NCBI GenBank assembly: GCA_051362555.1
Contig: CM120646.1
Location: 6,510,001-6,574,000 of the forward strand
DNA length: 64,000 bases
DNA from: Lingula anatina
Taxonomy: Eukaryota; Animalia; Brachiopoda
Direction of reading: 5' to 3'
Below are positions 14,101 through 25,933 of the stretch, piece after piece (the first letter of the stretch is position 1; every line of letters begins with the position of its first letter). Position numbers and translations under genes: made by a program. Under the pieces are notes generated by a model. The model searched no databases and had not been told where the DNA came from. It saw only the letters and a program-made list of their open reading frames with translations.

Positions 14101-15187
14101 AACTTGGTAAATACAAATGAAAAATTACAGGGCCAACCATCTGTAAGGTGTGATTAAGATTTATCATTCAGAGCCTAAACTAATCACTTTGAGTGTACAA
14201 CCCGTGCTTCTGCAGTGTCTCTTAGGATTTCTTTCTGAAATTAGTGTTCATGTAAACCTATTAGAGGACTTCAGGGAGTGGAATGCACCGTCAAAATGCC
14301 AACGGCATCTATTGCTTTGCGTTTCCAATTACCAATTAGTGATAAAAAAAGAAAAAAAATGCAAGCTTAAACGTAAAATTAATTGCAGATCTTTTACGAA
14401 AAAAATAATAACTCTACGTACCGTGCAATGTATCTGAAGTAGATAAAAGTCGGATACTAGTCTTGATAAAGATATTTTGAAACAGAAGCAATACAGGGAT
14501 GAAGGGTAGGGGAGAGAGCATTTTAAGTTGATTTAATTTGAATCGCCTTTATCGCCTACAAACAAAGGTATTGACAAAATGTACAAAGAAATACACAATC
14601 AGATAAATGAAGAAAACAATATGTGATTGCGACAGCTGAACTCACCCATCTCCTCTGTCGCAATCTCTAATGCGCCGCTTAATGTGTTTGCGGATCCGGG
14701 GTCACAAGGTACGTGTTAAAAGTCAGTCTTACAAGCGCTGCTGACTCAAAATTTTGTTCCTGCTTACCAGAGCTATCATCTTGTCTCTGCTTCTTAGAAA
14801 AGCACACAGCGATGTCGTATTGATCCTTAATAAAGGACGTAATATATATCCTTCAGAATCTGTGCTCTCCGCCCAGGCGTAGACTCCACGTGTTGAATTC
14901 AGTATATCATGATATGTACTGGTCGTAACAGTGATTACATCATTCATACGGCAATTGACTTATAAAAAGTACACATACGTCCACCAATATAATGCAATCC
15001 TTGGTTTGTGTATGGTGAAACCCGAGCATTTGAAAGCCTACACTCAAGCGACGACTCAAGACAGAAACAACATATTCACTAAGACTAGAATAGTATTAGC
15101 TCACATCGGCGTTTTATCTTAGAGAAAAGACAGTTGTGGCCATTACACCGTTCCAAGTCAATTTTATCGCTTGTTTTTCGATTGCTT

Positions 15188-15220
15188 GATTGGTTCACAG
15201 AGGTCACGTGGCGCATAAAA
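15188..15220 (+). promoter_or_regulatory. Inverted CCAAT + E-box module (GATTGG-N9-GTCACGTGG) followed by CATAAAA; candidate distal promoter
   Basis: Same two motifs and identical 9-nt spacing as the Hox4 proximal promoter at 30144-30167. Confidence 0.5.
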
Positions 15221-16930
15221 TAAGAAAATAATAGTTAAGACCTCCGCAATAGGTTGTTGTGTCCTTAATACTGGAAATTAAGCCGAAGAAAAATGCGAGA
15301 AAATGTTACATCTATGTGAAAATGATATGCATATTAGGCTTTAGGAGGCTAAGAATGCCAGTTATAGGGTGATTATTAAAATGCATGTCCCCAGACCTCT
15401 TTTAATGTCTTAATCCGCCCTTAATCTGAATAAACAATCCGATCGCGTCATCATACAGCTCAGGGGCACCTTGATAAAACCAGCGTCTCGCGGAGGGGAT
15501 AAACCCAAGGAGCTGGCACGGCATATTGGAACCTAGGACTGATTGTAACATGCAACTTATCTGCGTAGAAATGGGAACGTTAGGCATTAGAAGCCCGGCA
15601 AATTGTCAACTCGCCGACATGTCGGCTACACCAATGTCCCTTAGACGCTGAATAGGCCATCAGAAGGGCAGTTAAGAGACGATTACTGACAATTATGCGG
15701 TGCTCACATTCTCTATTAAGAATCTTCCTTTCGGCTAAGGTAAACTAAAGCACTTGTACACATCTGTAAGGGATTCTCACGTGTGTATTTACAGTGATAC
15801 TGAACCCCCCCCTCCTCCCCTGAATGCTGCACGGCCAGTTTGAAGGGGCAGTTTTTTAACCGTTGACGGAATGCCGTTATTGGAAGATACACGTAGCTTT
15901 AAGGCGGATGTGGTTTATGTCGCCACCGGATATGATCTTACTGTTTCTCAGTGCTGTATCCTCTTGTAGAAGAGGTAAATTCAAGGCAGAAGGGGTGGGA
16001 GGGGAAGGGGGGGGGGGTTGTACGCTGCGCATGCGTCATAAACCACACACTCCACAGGCCAACGCATTTTTATTCTATGGAATTCGCATAAGTTCCTTTC
16101 TCCAAGCTTGTATCATGATTTGCTTAGTAAAAGACATTTTATTTGATTACAATATTGACCATGATTTTCGGTTTTTCTTCTGATGGCGACAGGTATCTTT
16201 TTGTAAACAGACAAGCTTCATGACAGGCATCATTTTCCTTTAACCACAATCGATTTGAATGCTACATAACAGAAGAGCAGAGGACGCGAAATGACCACGG
16301 AGGGAAGCAGAGAAAGTGGTCAGAATATAGACATGAGCGCAAGAGACAGACGGTATGTACATTCTAAAAAGCGAATATATAGTTTATATTGAATACTATA
16401 GGGAGTAGAAGACTCTGGCTGGATGGTCGATCGACTGTGCCGATGATTCATTTCTCAAGTGAGATTGTGTTAGATGTGAAATGCGTTATTTGTAACATTA
16501 CTTCGTATTTCACAAAATCTTTTTACGGAATGTAGTGATTACAACAAATAAGGAATAAGGTGGTTTCAATTGTTAATTATTATTATTATTATTGTTTGTT
16601 GTTGTTTTTAGTATTACACAGTATCCTTGTTTAATAAAGCTGATATCAAACAACTAAATAAAAAAAGTTTATTTCGTATAAAAGTGGGCTTTATGATTTT
16701 AGTTTGCGGGGATATGGTTATAAATGAAGCTTTGTTTAACATTTTTCTATCTTGACATTAATTTAAATGTAATGAAAAGCCGTTCATTTCATTGCCTCAA
16801 TATTATTCTTGATAAGTTTATTTTAATTCTTATTTCACCTTCCCTATCCAACCTGACCACTATTCCCAAATGTGTCGTATAACTACAGAGCTGAACAGAA
16901 ATCAGAGGGGTCGACGGCCATTTAGCCTAA

Positions 16931-17155
16931 GACCCCATTTCCATAGATTTTAGATCGATCTATCCCTGTGGGGAGTCTCACTTGATTACTGTCAGCTTAG
17001 CCGGCTTAAGCGTCTGTCCCGCCTACTGAAAGCTGTAAGGGGGTAATTAACTATGGTGCACACTCGGCTGACTGCAATTTAGCGTGAGCCCCCAGGGAGC
17101 TTGGTCGATCTAAATCTTTATCTCTGGATAGATCTAAATCTCTGGGAATGCACCC
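16931..17155. mobile_element. PIF/Harbinger-type MITE (Tourist-like), 225 bp
   Basis: TAA on both sides (16928-16930, 17156-17158; empty site ccTAAgg). Long imperfect inverted repeats: left catttccatagattttagatcga...gtcagc vs right gctgac...tcgatctaaatct...gatctaaatctctgggaatgcaccc. Confidence 0.7.
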
Positions 17156-19307
17156 TAAGGCACGAAATCAAATTCTGATTTCAATTATTGTAACATCTAA
17201 TACAGCATTTACATTAATGTTTTATTTTAGTATGCAGGTACATGTGCCCACAACCGCCTCTGCCAAGTCTCTCGTAATTTGAACTAAAAGGAAAAATCAT
17301 TAACAATCATAATAATTAGAACACAATTTACAACTAACTAATGCTATGATTCTCAACCTTTGAAATGAACCAGTGGTTAATTTGTCAGGGTGTACAGTCA
17401 GTAAGGTAGCAGCGTGGGTCAGGGCTTCCATTGACACCGTGCGCTGCCTACCTGTCTAATTGAAGTTATTCTTTCAGAACAGCTTCATAAATCTTTCACT
17501 CTCCTATCGGCACTTTAGCTCACTGATAAGGCCCTTGGCGTTGCTACACACAGACGCGAAAGGCAGACTTATAAATCTGCAAGTAATTCCTGGTTAACGA
17601 ATGCTCATTTCTGCACCTGTGTTACGGTGAATAGAAGTCACTTTTTTTTCTTTTTGAATATCTCACGGTTATAGATTGGGAGTTAGCGTTGGGGAGGGTT
17701 GTCTGAATTCTTCATTCTTCATTCTTATTCATACCAAGGCAAACCGTTGAGGATTCAGTACTAAAGCGCCTATATGTGATCTTATATATACAAACTTAAA
17801 CGGAGACTAGAAACACAATACTTAAACCTTCCTATTACAAACAGATAGAAAACTGCAAACTGATTGGAACTTGGAAGCACATGTTTTGGGCACGGTGACA
17901 GGAAAATGATTTGAGCTGAGCAGGTGAAATCTGACGTCTAAGGTAAGGTTTTCGTAAACCTATTTCATATTGACGATTGCTATGTTTCAAGTGATAAAGC
18001 GCGGGGCATTTTGTTTTATGTGATTAGATAAAATGCGATAATAATAATAATATCGATTGATGACTAATAAATCAGTTCATATAAAAGATAAGTTGGCGTA
18101 TTGGATGAAAGTTACGACGAGGGTCTCTAGCGTCCTCACCCCAGGATCTTTAAGGATACACTATCAACATAAACGATCCAAGAGCGATTCGAGAAAGCTA
18201 CACAGGTTATATCGTGCAGTACGTTGTAAAACAATATTTTAGGCGTCACGACATTTGGGGCGGTTTTCTCATTGTTCTTTGGGCGAAGGAAGCTGCAGGT
18301 TTTACACACAATTTCACGTTTTAAACGAAAACTCCTCTTTACTTGTCAAACTGACTTCAGAAACCAAATGACAGATTTACAGCCGCTGTGCAAACTCGAG
18401 CGTTCGATAGAAACCATGATGTCATTTATTAAAGATATCTATTCAGGTAAGCCGAGGTTCTTATCGCCAGTATCAACGCTCTAAATAATTGATTAGGAAA
18501 ACATTACACCGAGTAAACCCAGATAATAATGCCCCGTTCTTGGTGACGGTTAGGACGCTGGGCCGCCAGAACTTACCCTGAGTCCAACGGGTAAGTCAGC
18601 GACCCCCATTCAAGTGGGACCGTATTAATGCGCGTTGGGGCGAAGGCGGGTACCCGTGTGGAGCGTAGAAGCCAGGGTGCGTGGAAAGCGTACGCCAGGG
18701 GGCTGTTAAAACTAAGCCGTCGCGGTCACTTGGGGACATTCGGCGGATGAAGTGTTAAGTGTTAAGTTAGAGTGCCAGACCCGTTGTTAATGAAATTAGC
18801 AAATACAGTTCAAAGAAATGCTGTATAAGAGGCGAGATGACTATTAACAGTGTATATACAAAGATTTAGTGGAGGCAGTCAACATTGCTTTAGCTGTAGA
18901 CATTGCAATATTTTCCACGAAAAGAAGAATGACTCACAGACAGATTTACAAGGTGGGTTTGAGAAGACTTCCCAAATTCAAAGTTTTCTAAAGAAACTGA
19001 AGCACCCACGTGTGGAAGACCGTAATGAATTGATATCATCAACAAATATTATTTCTGATCGATAGATTATGATTGAGGAAGTGCTTCCAAAGAGGTCACA
19101 GATAACGATATTTTATGTCACCTATAAGCAGAGTTAATCGAAAATGAGGGTGTACTAAAACGCTTCCTGAAAGGCACATGGTATACTAAGCACAGAATTC
19201 GAATTCAAGTGTTTGAAAGCTACTAGTATATACGACACTACCGTTCGAAAGTGGTATTTTTAGATACATGAATGTCACTGGTAAGTTGCGTGGCCATTAT
19301 TTAAGAT

Positions 19308-19310
<3 letters not shown>

Positions 19311-19350
<40 letters not shown>
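19311..19350 (+). repeat. (TC)20 microsatellite
   Basis: Direct reading. Confidence 0.95.
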
Positions 19351-19354
<4 letters not shown>

Positions 19355-19875
19355 AAAATGCTGGTCTTTAAAACTCCTAGATATGAATGATCACCGTGTT
19401 TTGAGCAAATTGCGTCAGCTGTGACAAGTATTCACACAATGCATTCACTTAGTGGTAAGTATGCGGCTATTCAGTTGTAACCGTATAGATGAAGGTGATT
19501 TTTCATCACATGTTGACTCTGAGGCGCTTTGTTAACAGTGCCGTCTCCTGTGTTTAAATGTTGTAGAAGGCACAAAACAACTTATTCTTTACAAACTTTT
19601 TATAGCAAAGGCTCTGACATATAAAATCCCCTCTAATCTAAAAAACGATAAGAACCAGAAATGTGAAAGGGGGGGGGGGGGCAGAGAAAATGGCCAGAAT
19701 ATAGACATAAATACAAGTGATTGCAGCAATCACATGGTATGAATATAGAGCGGCAATTAAAAGCACTCAGACTGGCGTTCATATCTACACGTAACGGTAT
19801 TAAAGCAGGAAAGTTTAGAAATGGTGCGGCAAGCCGTGATGGCAAATGTATTTGACGGATTTATAGCTACTAGCT

Positions 19876-19894
19876 GCAGCAGCAGCAGCAGCAA

Positions 19895-19948
<54 letters not shown>

Positions 19949-19955
19949 CAGCAGC
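19876..19955 (+). repeat. Compound (GCA)6(TAG)15 microsatellite
   Basis: Direct reading; explains the poly-L and poly-T/A ORFs in the track. Confidence 0.95.
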
Positions 19956-20391
19956 GGGGACAGTCTTATGAAATAAAGAACCACCTGAAATATAGACTGC
20001 AGAAAAAGAAGTTAGAAATTGATAAAACTCTGAAATAATTATACGGAATGAAATAATTGAAAGTATAAAAGAACATAATATCAGATTTTTGTGCAGCGTT
20101 AGGTGCAATTCGTGTATTAAGGAAATACGTCTTCCAAAATAAAATTGCAGTTTATTAATTTAATGTATCTATTTATCTCGATGTTATTTGTTGTTTCATT
20201 TTATTTAACTTCATTTTCGTTTGTGTTTGAACTGTTGCTTTGATAAAAGCGTCACTAACTAGGAAAGGTCGGTCATTGCTGCAATCAGGCGCAAGTCAAA
20301 GCATACGAAAACTTCAATGTATAACGCAAGGCGGGTAACGGAAACAAAGGACCAAATTGAACGACCCTGGAAAATCCCAGATCCCACTCGG

Positions 20392-20466
20392 CACCATTTC
20401 TACCCTGTAGATCCGAATTTGTATGATATTGGAATACAAATTCGGTCTATAGGATTTCATGTGGTG
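20392..20466 (+). ncRNA. mir-10: pre-miR-10 hairpin
   Basis: Mature 5p TACCCTGTAGATCCGAATTTGT at 20401-20422 matches canonical miR-10; complementary arm ACAAATTCGGTCTATAGG at ~20436-20453; basal pairing caccat/gtggtg; conserved position between Hox5 and Hox4. Confidence 0.97.
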
Positions 20467-21208
20467 TAGGTAATTCAGCATTTACTACCCCTGGCTCCGC
20501 CATCCACAGCGGAGAAGCACAGTGCGAAGGATGCTACAGTTGAGACGAAAGCAGATTGTGCTTGTTGCGACAGAAAGGGTGCGATGATTGCGACGGTAAC
20601 AGCTACGTTCACAGATCCTGGTCTTCATGGTAAGACTGTGTGATGAATTTTAATGCATTTACTTCTGTCTAAGTACTGCATATTGGCACTTTCCCGTGGT
20701 GGTATAATTGTTTTTTACTATAATTACTCTTTCTGATGTCTTTGGATGTTGAGGGCAAAAGGATAAAAAATACAATGAAAATCGTTTTGAGTTTAATGCA
20801 TTTATATGGAGCATCTGTATCCTCCAGCATTGAGCACTTAAATGCATTTGATCTTTAAAGAAATGTATCGATGCAAATGCAAAATTAACAGTTATCTATA
20901 ATTATTTGATTCCTTTGGAATCGAGGAAAGCGGCTACATTTATAATTAACTAATATAATTAGTCCGCCATAGCACATTGTATACCTATGGGAATGTACGA
21001 TGGGATAGAGATAGTGTTTTAACAGAATTTTCGCCATTTTTCACATCTGCTGCAATCTACACTAGTCGGGCCACATTTCACAGCGAAAACAGTTTTTTAT
21101 TTGAAAAGTTTGTTTTTGAAATGGGCTCAGGCAATTAAAATGTCTGACTAAAAAAAATTCGCAAAAGATCAACTTTCAATATAGAAAATTATTATTCAAA
21201 TTCGAAAA

Positions 21209-21278
<70 letters not shown>

Positions 21279-21279
21279 G
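21209..21279 (+). repeat. (TAT)~23 microsatellite
   Basis: Direct reading. Confidence 0.95.
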
Positions 21280-23485
21280 CAGTTTCTATATAATTTCATT
21301 ATTCGTTAAAAATATATTACTTTTATTCATTTGCTATAAAATGTGCATTAATAATATTCATCATTTTATTGGTATCATGATGTGGATAAATTATATTTTT
21401 CATAGGATAAAACCGTATATGTTAGATATACATGTAGACTCTGATTCGTGGACGGACATGTTAAACTGAAGGTTTACCTTACAACAACGTGCTCGTGTGA
21501 CGTGCACGGTCGTCTGTTACCTTGGTAAAATCTACTTCCAGTGATGTAGTTACTTGAAGGTGAAAATGTATTCCTCCCAAAATTCTGGTATTTCAGTCTA
21601 ACTTTTTTTTTGTGCACCATACAATAGGCATATACGGCTCTCCGTGAATTTGCATCGTAATTATTGATCTTTGATTTTTGTTCAAAGGGACAAACCATTT
21701 CACTGTCTAGTTAGCGTACCTCGACAGAAAAAAATAATACCTTTTGACGTCATGTGCAAAGAACCAATTCGACTTTATCTTTTCTGACGCGGTTGTTCTG
21801 TGAACGTTATAGAATATTAAAAGCACATCGCAAGCACCATTGTATGCTTCGAAAATCGGTAAAGTGCTCTGCGTAGATGCACGAGTGTTGATCTCTTTTT
21901 ACGTTAAAATAAACGCAAACGTAATTTCAAAGCCTACTATTATTTATATCAGATAAACAACTGATGCGTGTCACCCCTCAAGTCTCAGGTATTTACCTCA
22001 ACTCTGAACCCGCCATCGAAAATGTTTCGCATTGCTTTAATCACGAACGAAATTATACACATTAACTTCTTCGTCGGAGTGTCAACTTCAAGAGGAAAAG
22101 ACCCCGAGCGGAGGAATGAGATTGCCTTGGCTCTCACCTAGATCTGACCCTAGTTTACTCGCTGCGCGTTCTGCGGAGATTTTAACATGCAAACAATTAA
22201 ATAATTTGAGAAGTGATACAGAGCTAAGATATTAAACTGACACTTGACGATGTGGTGATTTAGAAGGTCATTCGAGTAATTATTTCGATGTGACAGCTCT
22301 TAATCAGCGTTTTAATGTATTGTGTATGCTCTAAATGACCACCGTGGTATGTTTAAGTTCAAAAAAGTACATCGGTGCTTGTAATCGTAAACATTCAGTG
22401 TGTTTCAAGAAATACATTTTTAGAAAAAAAAAAAAATGAAAAAAAAAAAAAAAATAGAATGAAACGATATGTATTACAAATTAAAGGCGGGTTCTAATAA
22501 TAATAATAATAAATTATCTTGCATTTATTTGTAGATTTTCCTCAAAAATCAAAATCTGTGGGACATTTCTGCGATTTTGGCGGCAAAACAACATCTGCCT
22601 AAAAAAAAGTCCGGCGGCTTAATTTCTAATATAAATCTCAACAACCGTATTTTAATTGAATGTAAAGGGTCGGTATAGTATTCAGCTTTACACCACTGGA
22701 GGTACGCTTGTAACCTCATTTATAATTCCAAGTAAATAAAACTGTCACAAACCAAAAGCCCAGTTTTCCGCTTGAGAGACTAATTACTTCTTAATGGAGA
22801 GAGAGTGAATGCAAGCGGCGGTTTAGACCGCCTTTTGATATCGCAAGTTTACTCTGAATTATAAACATTTGTATTGGACTTGAAGCGCAAAAACTACCCC
22901 GAAACACTCAAGTCTTTGTCGAAAATCCGGATCTGTTTAAACAAAAACGAGTAAACCACAGATAACAGATGGCACATTAGAGGGTAAAATTGCAGCGTGA
23001 TTCGTTCCTTAACGGTAAAAACGTGGTGGGAGGTTACAAAAAAAGGCCGCCACCCTTACATTCAATAACCCGTGTACTTGAAAGTTGACAAAAAACACTA
23101 CCGAAGATTGAAACTTTCGCGTCGATTAGGTGAAAGTCAAGTCCCCTTTTTACCGCGTCGTGCTTGGGCGCTCACACGTCAACGGGGCTTAAAAGCGCCG
23201 CCCTGTCACCCCTGTGTGCGACTATTGTGATAAACTGGGACAGGGGGAGACCTTTGACCCTCGTGGATAGAAACGGTAACGCTTAAACGATACAATTTCA
23301 CCTGTCGGTAAAAAGGTTGTTGAAGTCAACAGGCATTTGGCTAACGACATATATTGTAAGTGACTGCTGAGCACGCAGACGACATTTTGGGATGTGGTTC
23401 TTGTTTTGGTTAGGTTTGTTTTTTCTTTTGATTATATATTGATATGTGTGGCATTTTGTCGCCATTAATTAATAAATAAATCTAT

Positions 23486-23520
<35 letters not shown>

Positions 23521-25893
23521 TTTTCTTAAGTTCAATTTACAGCTTAATTATCTCAACTAAAGTGTGCATTTCACATTTTAAACTTTGAAAAATAGCGACA
23601 AAAAGAATAAAAAGGAATTAGGTGCATTGCAGCCATTTCAATTTCCTAAAAAAACCTTTCAGAAAAAAATGAGATAAGAATATCTTGGTAATATGAATTG
23701 AATTCACTGTTAAATTTGGTAACGGATTTCTGTTGTAAAATAATTGAATATCATTATAAAATAAATAAGTCAAGCATCGTGTTAGTTTAATTTTAATTGA
23801 GCTTTTTCAGTTTTTGAATAAAAAAGAAATTCTTATAATAATTTCACTACAATGTATAGGAAATACGATATTAGAATTAAACTCGAACCTTTATATAAAA
23901 AAAATTAAAAATAATAAAATGAAATAAAATAAATTGTAGTATAAGTTATGAAAAACAAGCAAAAGCAAAGAAACCTGCTTTTACTTATTTATTTATTTAT
24001 TTATTATTGTACTATCATCACTCATTGTTTCATTTATCGTGCAGTCAGTAAATGTAACTTTTGGAAAACAATTCTAAGGGAAATTTTATAATGGTGCATG
24101 TAATATTTCCTTATCCTCAACCTCCCTCTACTTCTCGGCAACTTGTGTAACATTATGTATGATGTAAACATTTGATATGGCACTCCGCTGAGTTTGTATT
24201 GTACAATCCACTGGTGTTTAGACAACAAATGAACCATTTTTTACTTCAAATGCCTTCAAATGAAAATAACGCTCGTAAAGGTAGAGCTTAAGTATAGTAA
24301 TGGTGCAATAATGTCCGTTAAGCGTGAGGCTGAATTTATTTAAATCACACTTAGATTGACATGACATTATAACCTTGGCGTACTCAACGATTTTGTTGGG
24401 TTATACGTACAGAACTAAACTTTACTACGTAGAGTTTCCAATCTAAGAAGGACTGAAATACACATTTTGATTAAGACTTCTCTTTTCTGCGGATGATCGA
24501 AAATAAGTTCAATCTTCCTTTACAGGACCATTAAATTAAATCGGATCAAATTAAACCAAATGCAATTTGATAGTAAAGCCAGGAATTGGAATAATCTAAA
24601 ATGATTATAAAAGAAATGAAATGATTGGAAATATAAATATTTAAAATATAACAAAAATTAAGTGGAATATTATGAGAAGAAATAGAATGGTAACATTCAA
24701 AGAGAGGGCAATGGCCTTATGAAGACAGTGAAATTACTTCGTTGGGACATGCAACGGAGACAAAAAGGCCATACATAAAATACCAAAGTCAAGGCAAAAT
24801 TACACAATGTAACAGGATGAAAAAGAGCCAAACAACAACCCTCAAGGATGTCTTTAACAAATAAATAAATCTTAAGAGTACCATAAAACATGGTTGTTAT
24901 CCAAGATAATTCATCACTTGATTCAGAAATAAAACGATTAGTGTAATTTGGTTGCTTAATCGAAAATAGCAAAAGAGGAAAAAGTCGAACAAAAACAATG
25001 AGGTGACTGTATCCTTGAAAAGGACCATACGCCTGAGAAAGGTGCGTCCCACTTTTCTTTCTTCTACATTTCCCGCTGACTTAAAACACCGTGGCACGTC
25101 ATTGCCTATTTGGTTAGCCGAAAAACAACAAAGACTGAGCCCATAGTAACTTGCAGTTGACACCAAAAAACAAAGTTCTATGAAACGATGTTCTAATACC
25201 AGTCTACAGAAAGGGCAAACAAAAATCCAAAGTTATTCTGTACATTTCAGTTTACCAGGCGAATACTGAAGTATATCAAGAATGCACACGGCATGTCCTA
25301 TTAATCATTGCAGTCAATGCTGTGCGCACGGGGAGTATGCAGGACTCATTTCACTGGAAAATGTCCTATTTTGGCCACCGATAATGTCTTATTAATGATG
25401 TTATTTTGGTGCTTCTATTCCCCATACATGACAGGCGGCTTGCCCGAGCTGATAAATCATAAAAAATAAAAGGCTAAACATGAGGAGAATACAGATATGT
25501 ATTGTATGTTTTGGGGACAAAAATGTTTGTGTCGTTTGATATTTATTTTTTATGTGTAAAAAAAATGTAAAAACAACACTGATTTTTGCATGCTTTGATG
25601 AACGATTTTTCAATATAGTACAGGCCTGGAAAATAATTTGCAGCTGAGAAGAATTTCACATTTTGTGAATGTTTTAGTGGTATATTTTGATAAAGTGAGT
25701 TATCATTGATATATCTTTATCAAATCAAAATGCTCTTACTCACTGGAAATTAATATAGACATATCAAGTTGGGCTTTAAAAAATGTGTATTTCATAGCCA
25801 ATGGAGGCAACGTAATAAACATTTCGAGTAAGGCGTGTGCCTATATGTTGAGTTTAAAATCTTTGAAATGGTTTGAAGTGGGGAACTAAAAAG

Positions 25894-25894
<1 letters not shown>

Positions 25895-25932
<38 letters not shown>
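25895..25932 (+). repeat. (CA)19 microsatellite
   Basis: Direct reading. Confidence 0.95.

Positions 25933-25933
<1 letters not shown>

Noticed and set aside
18571-18596. CTTACCCTG as a third miR-10-family miRNA
   Set aside because: Only an 8-bp stem with a 10-nt loop; no ~60-nt pre-miRNA hairpin and no similarity beyond the seed.
19757-20108. Poly-Leu and poly-Thr/Ala ORFs
   Set aside because: Produced by the (GCA)n(TAG)n microsatellite.
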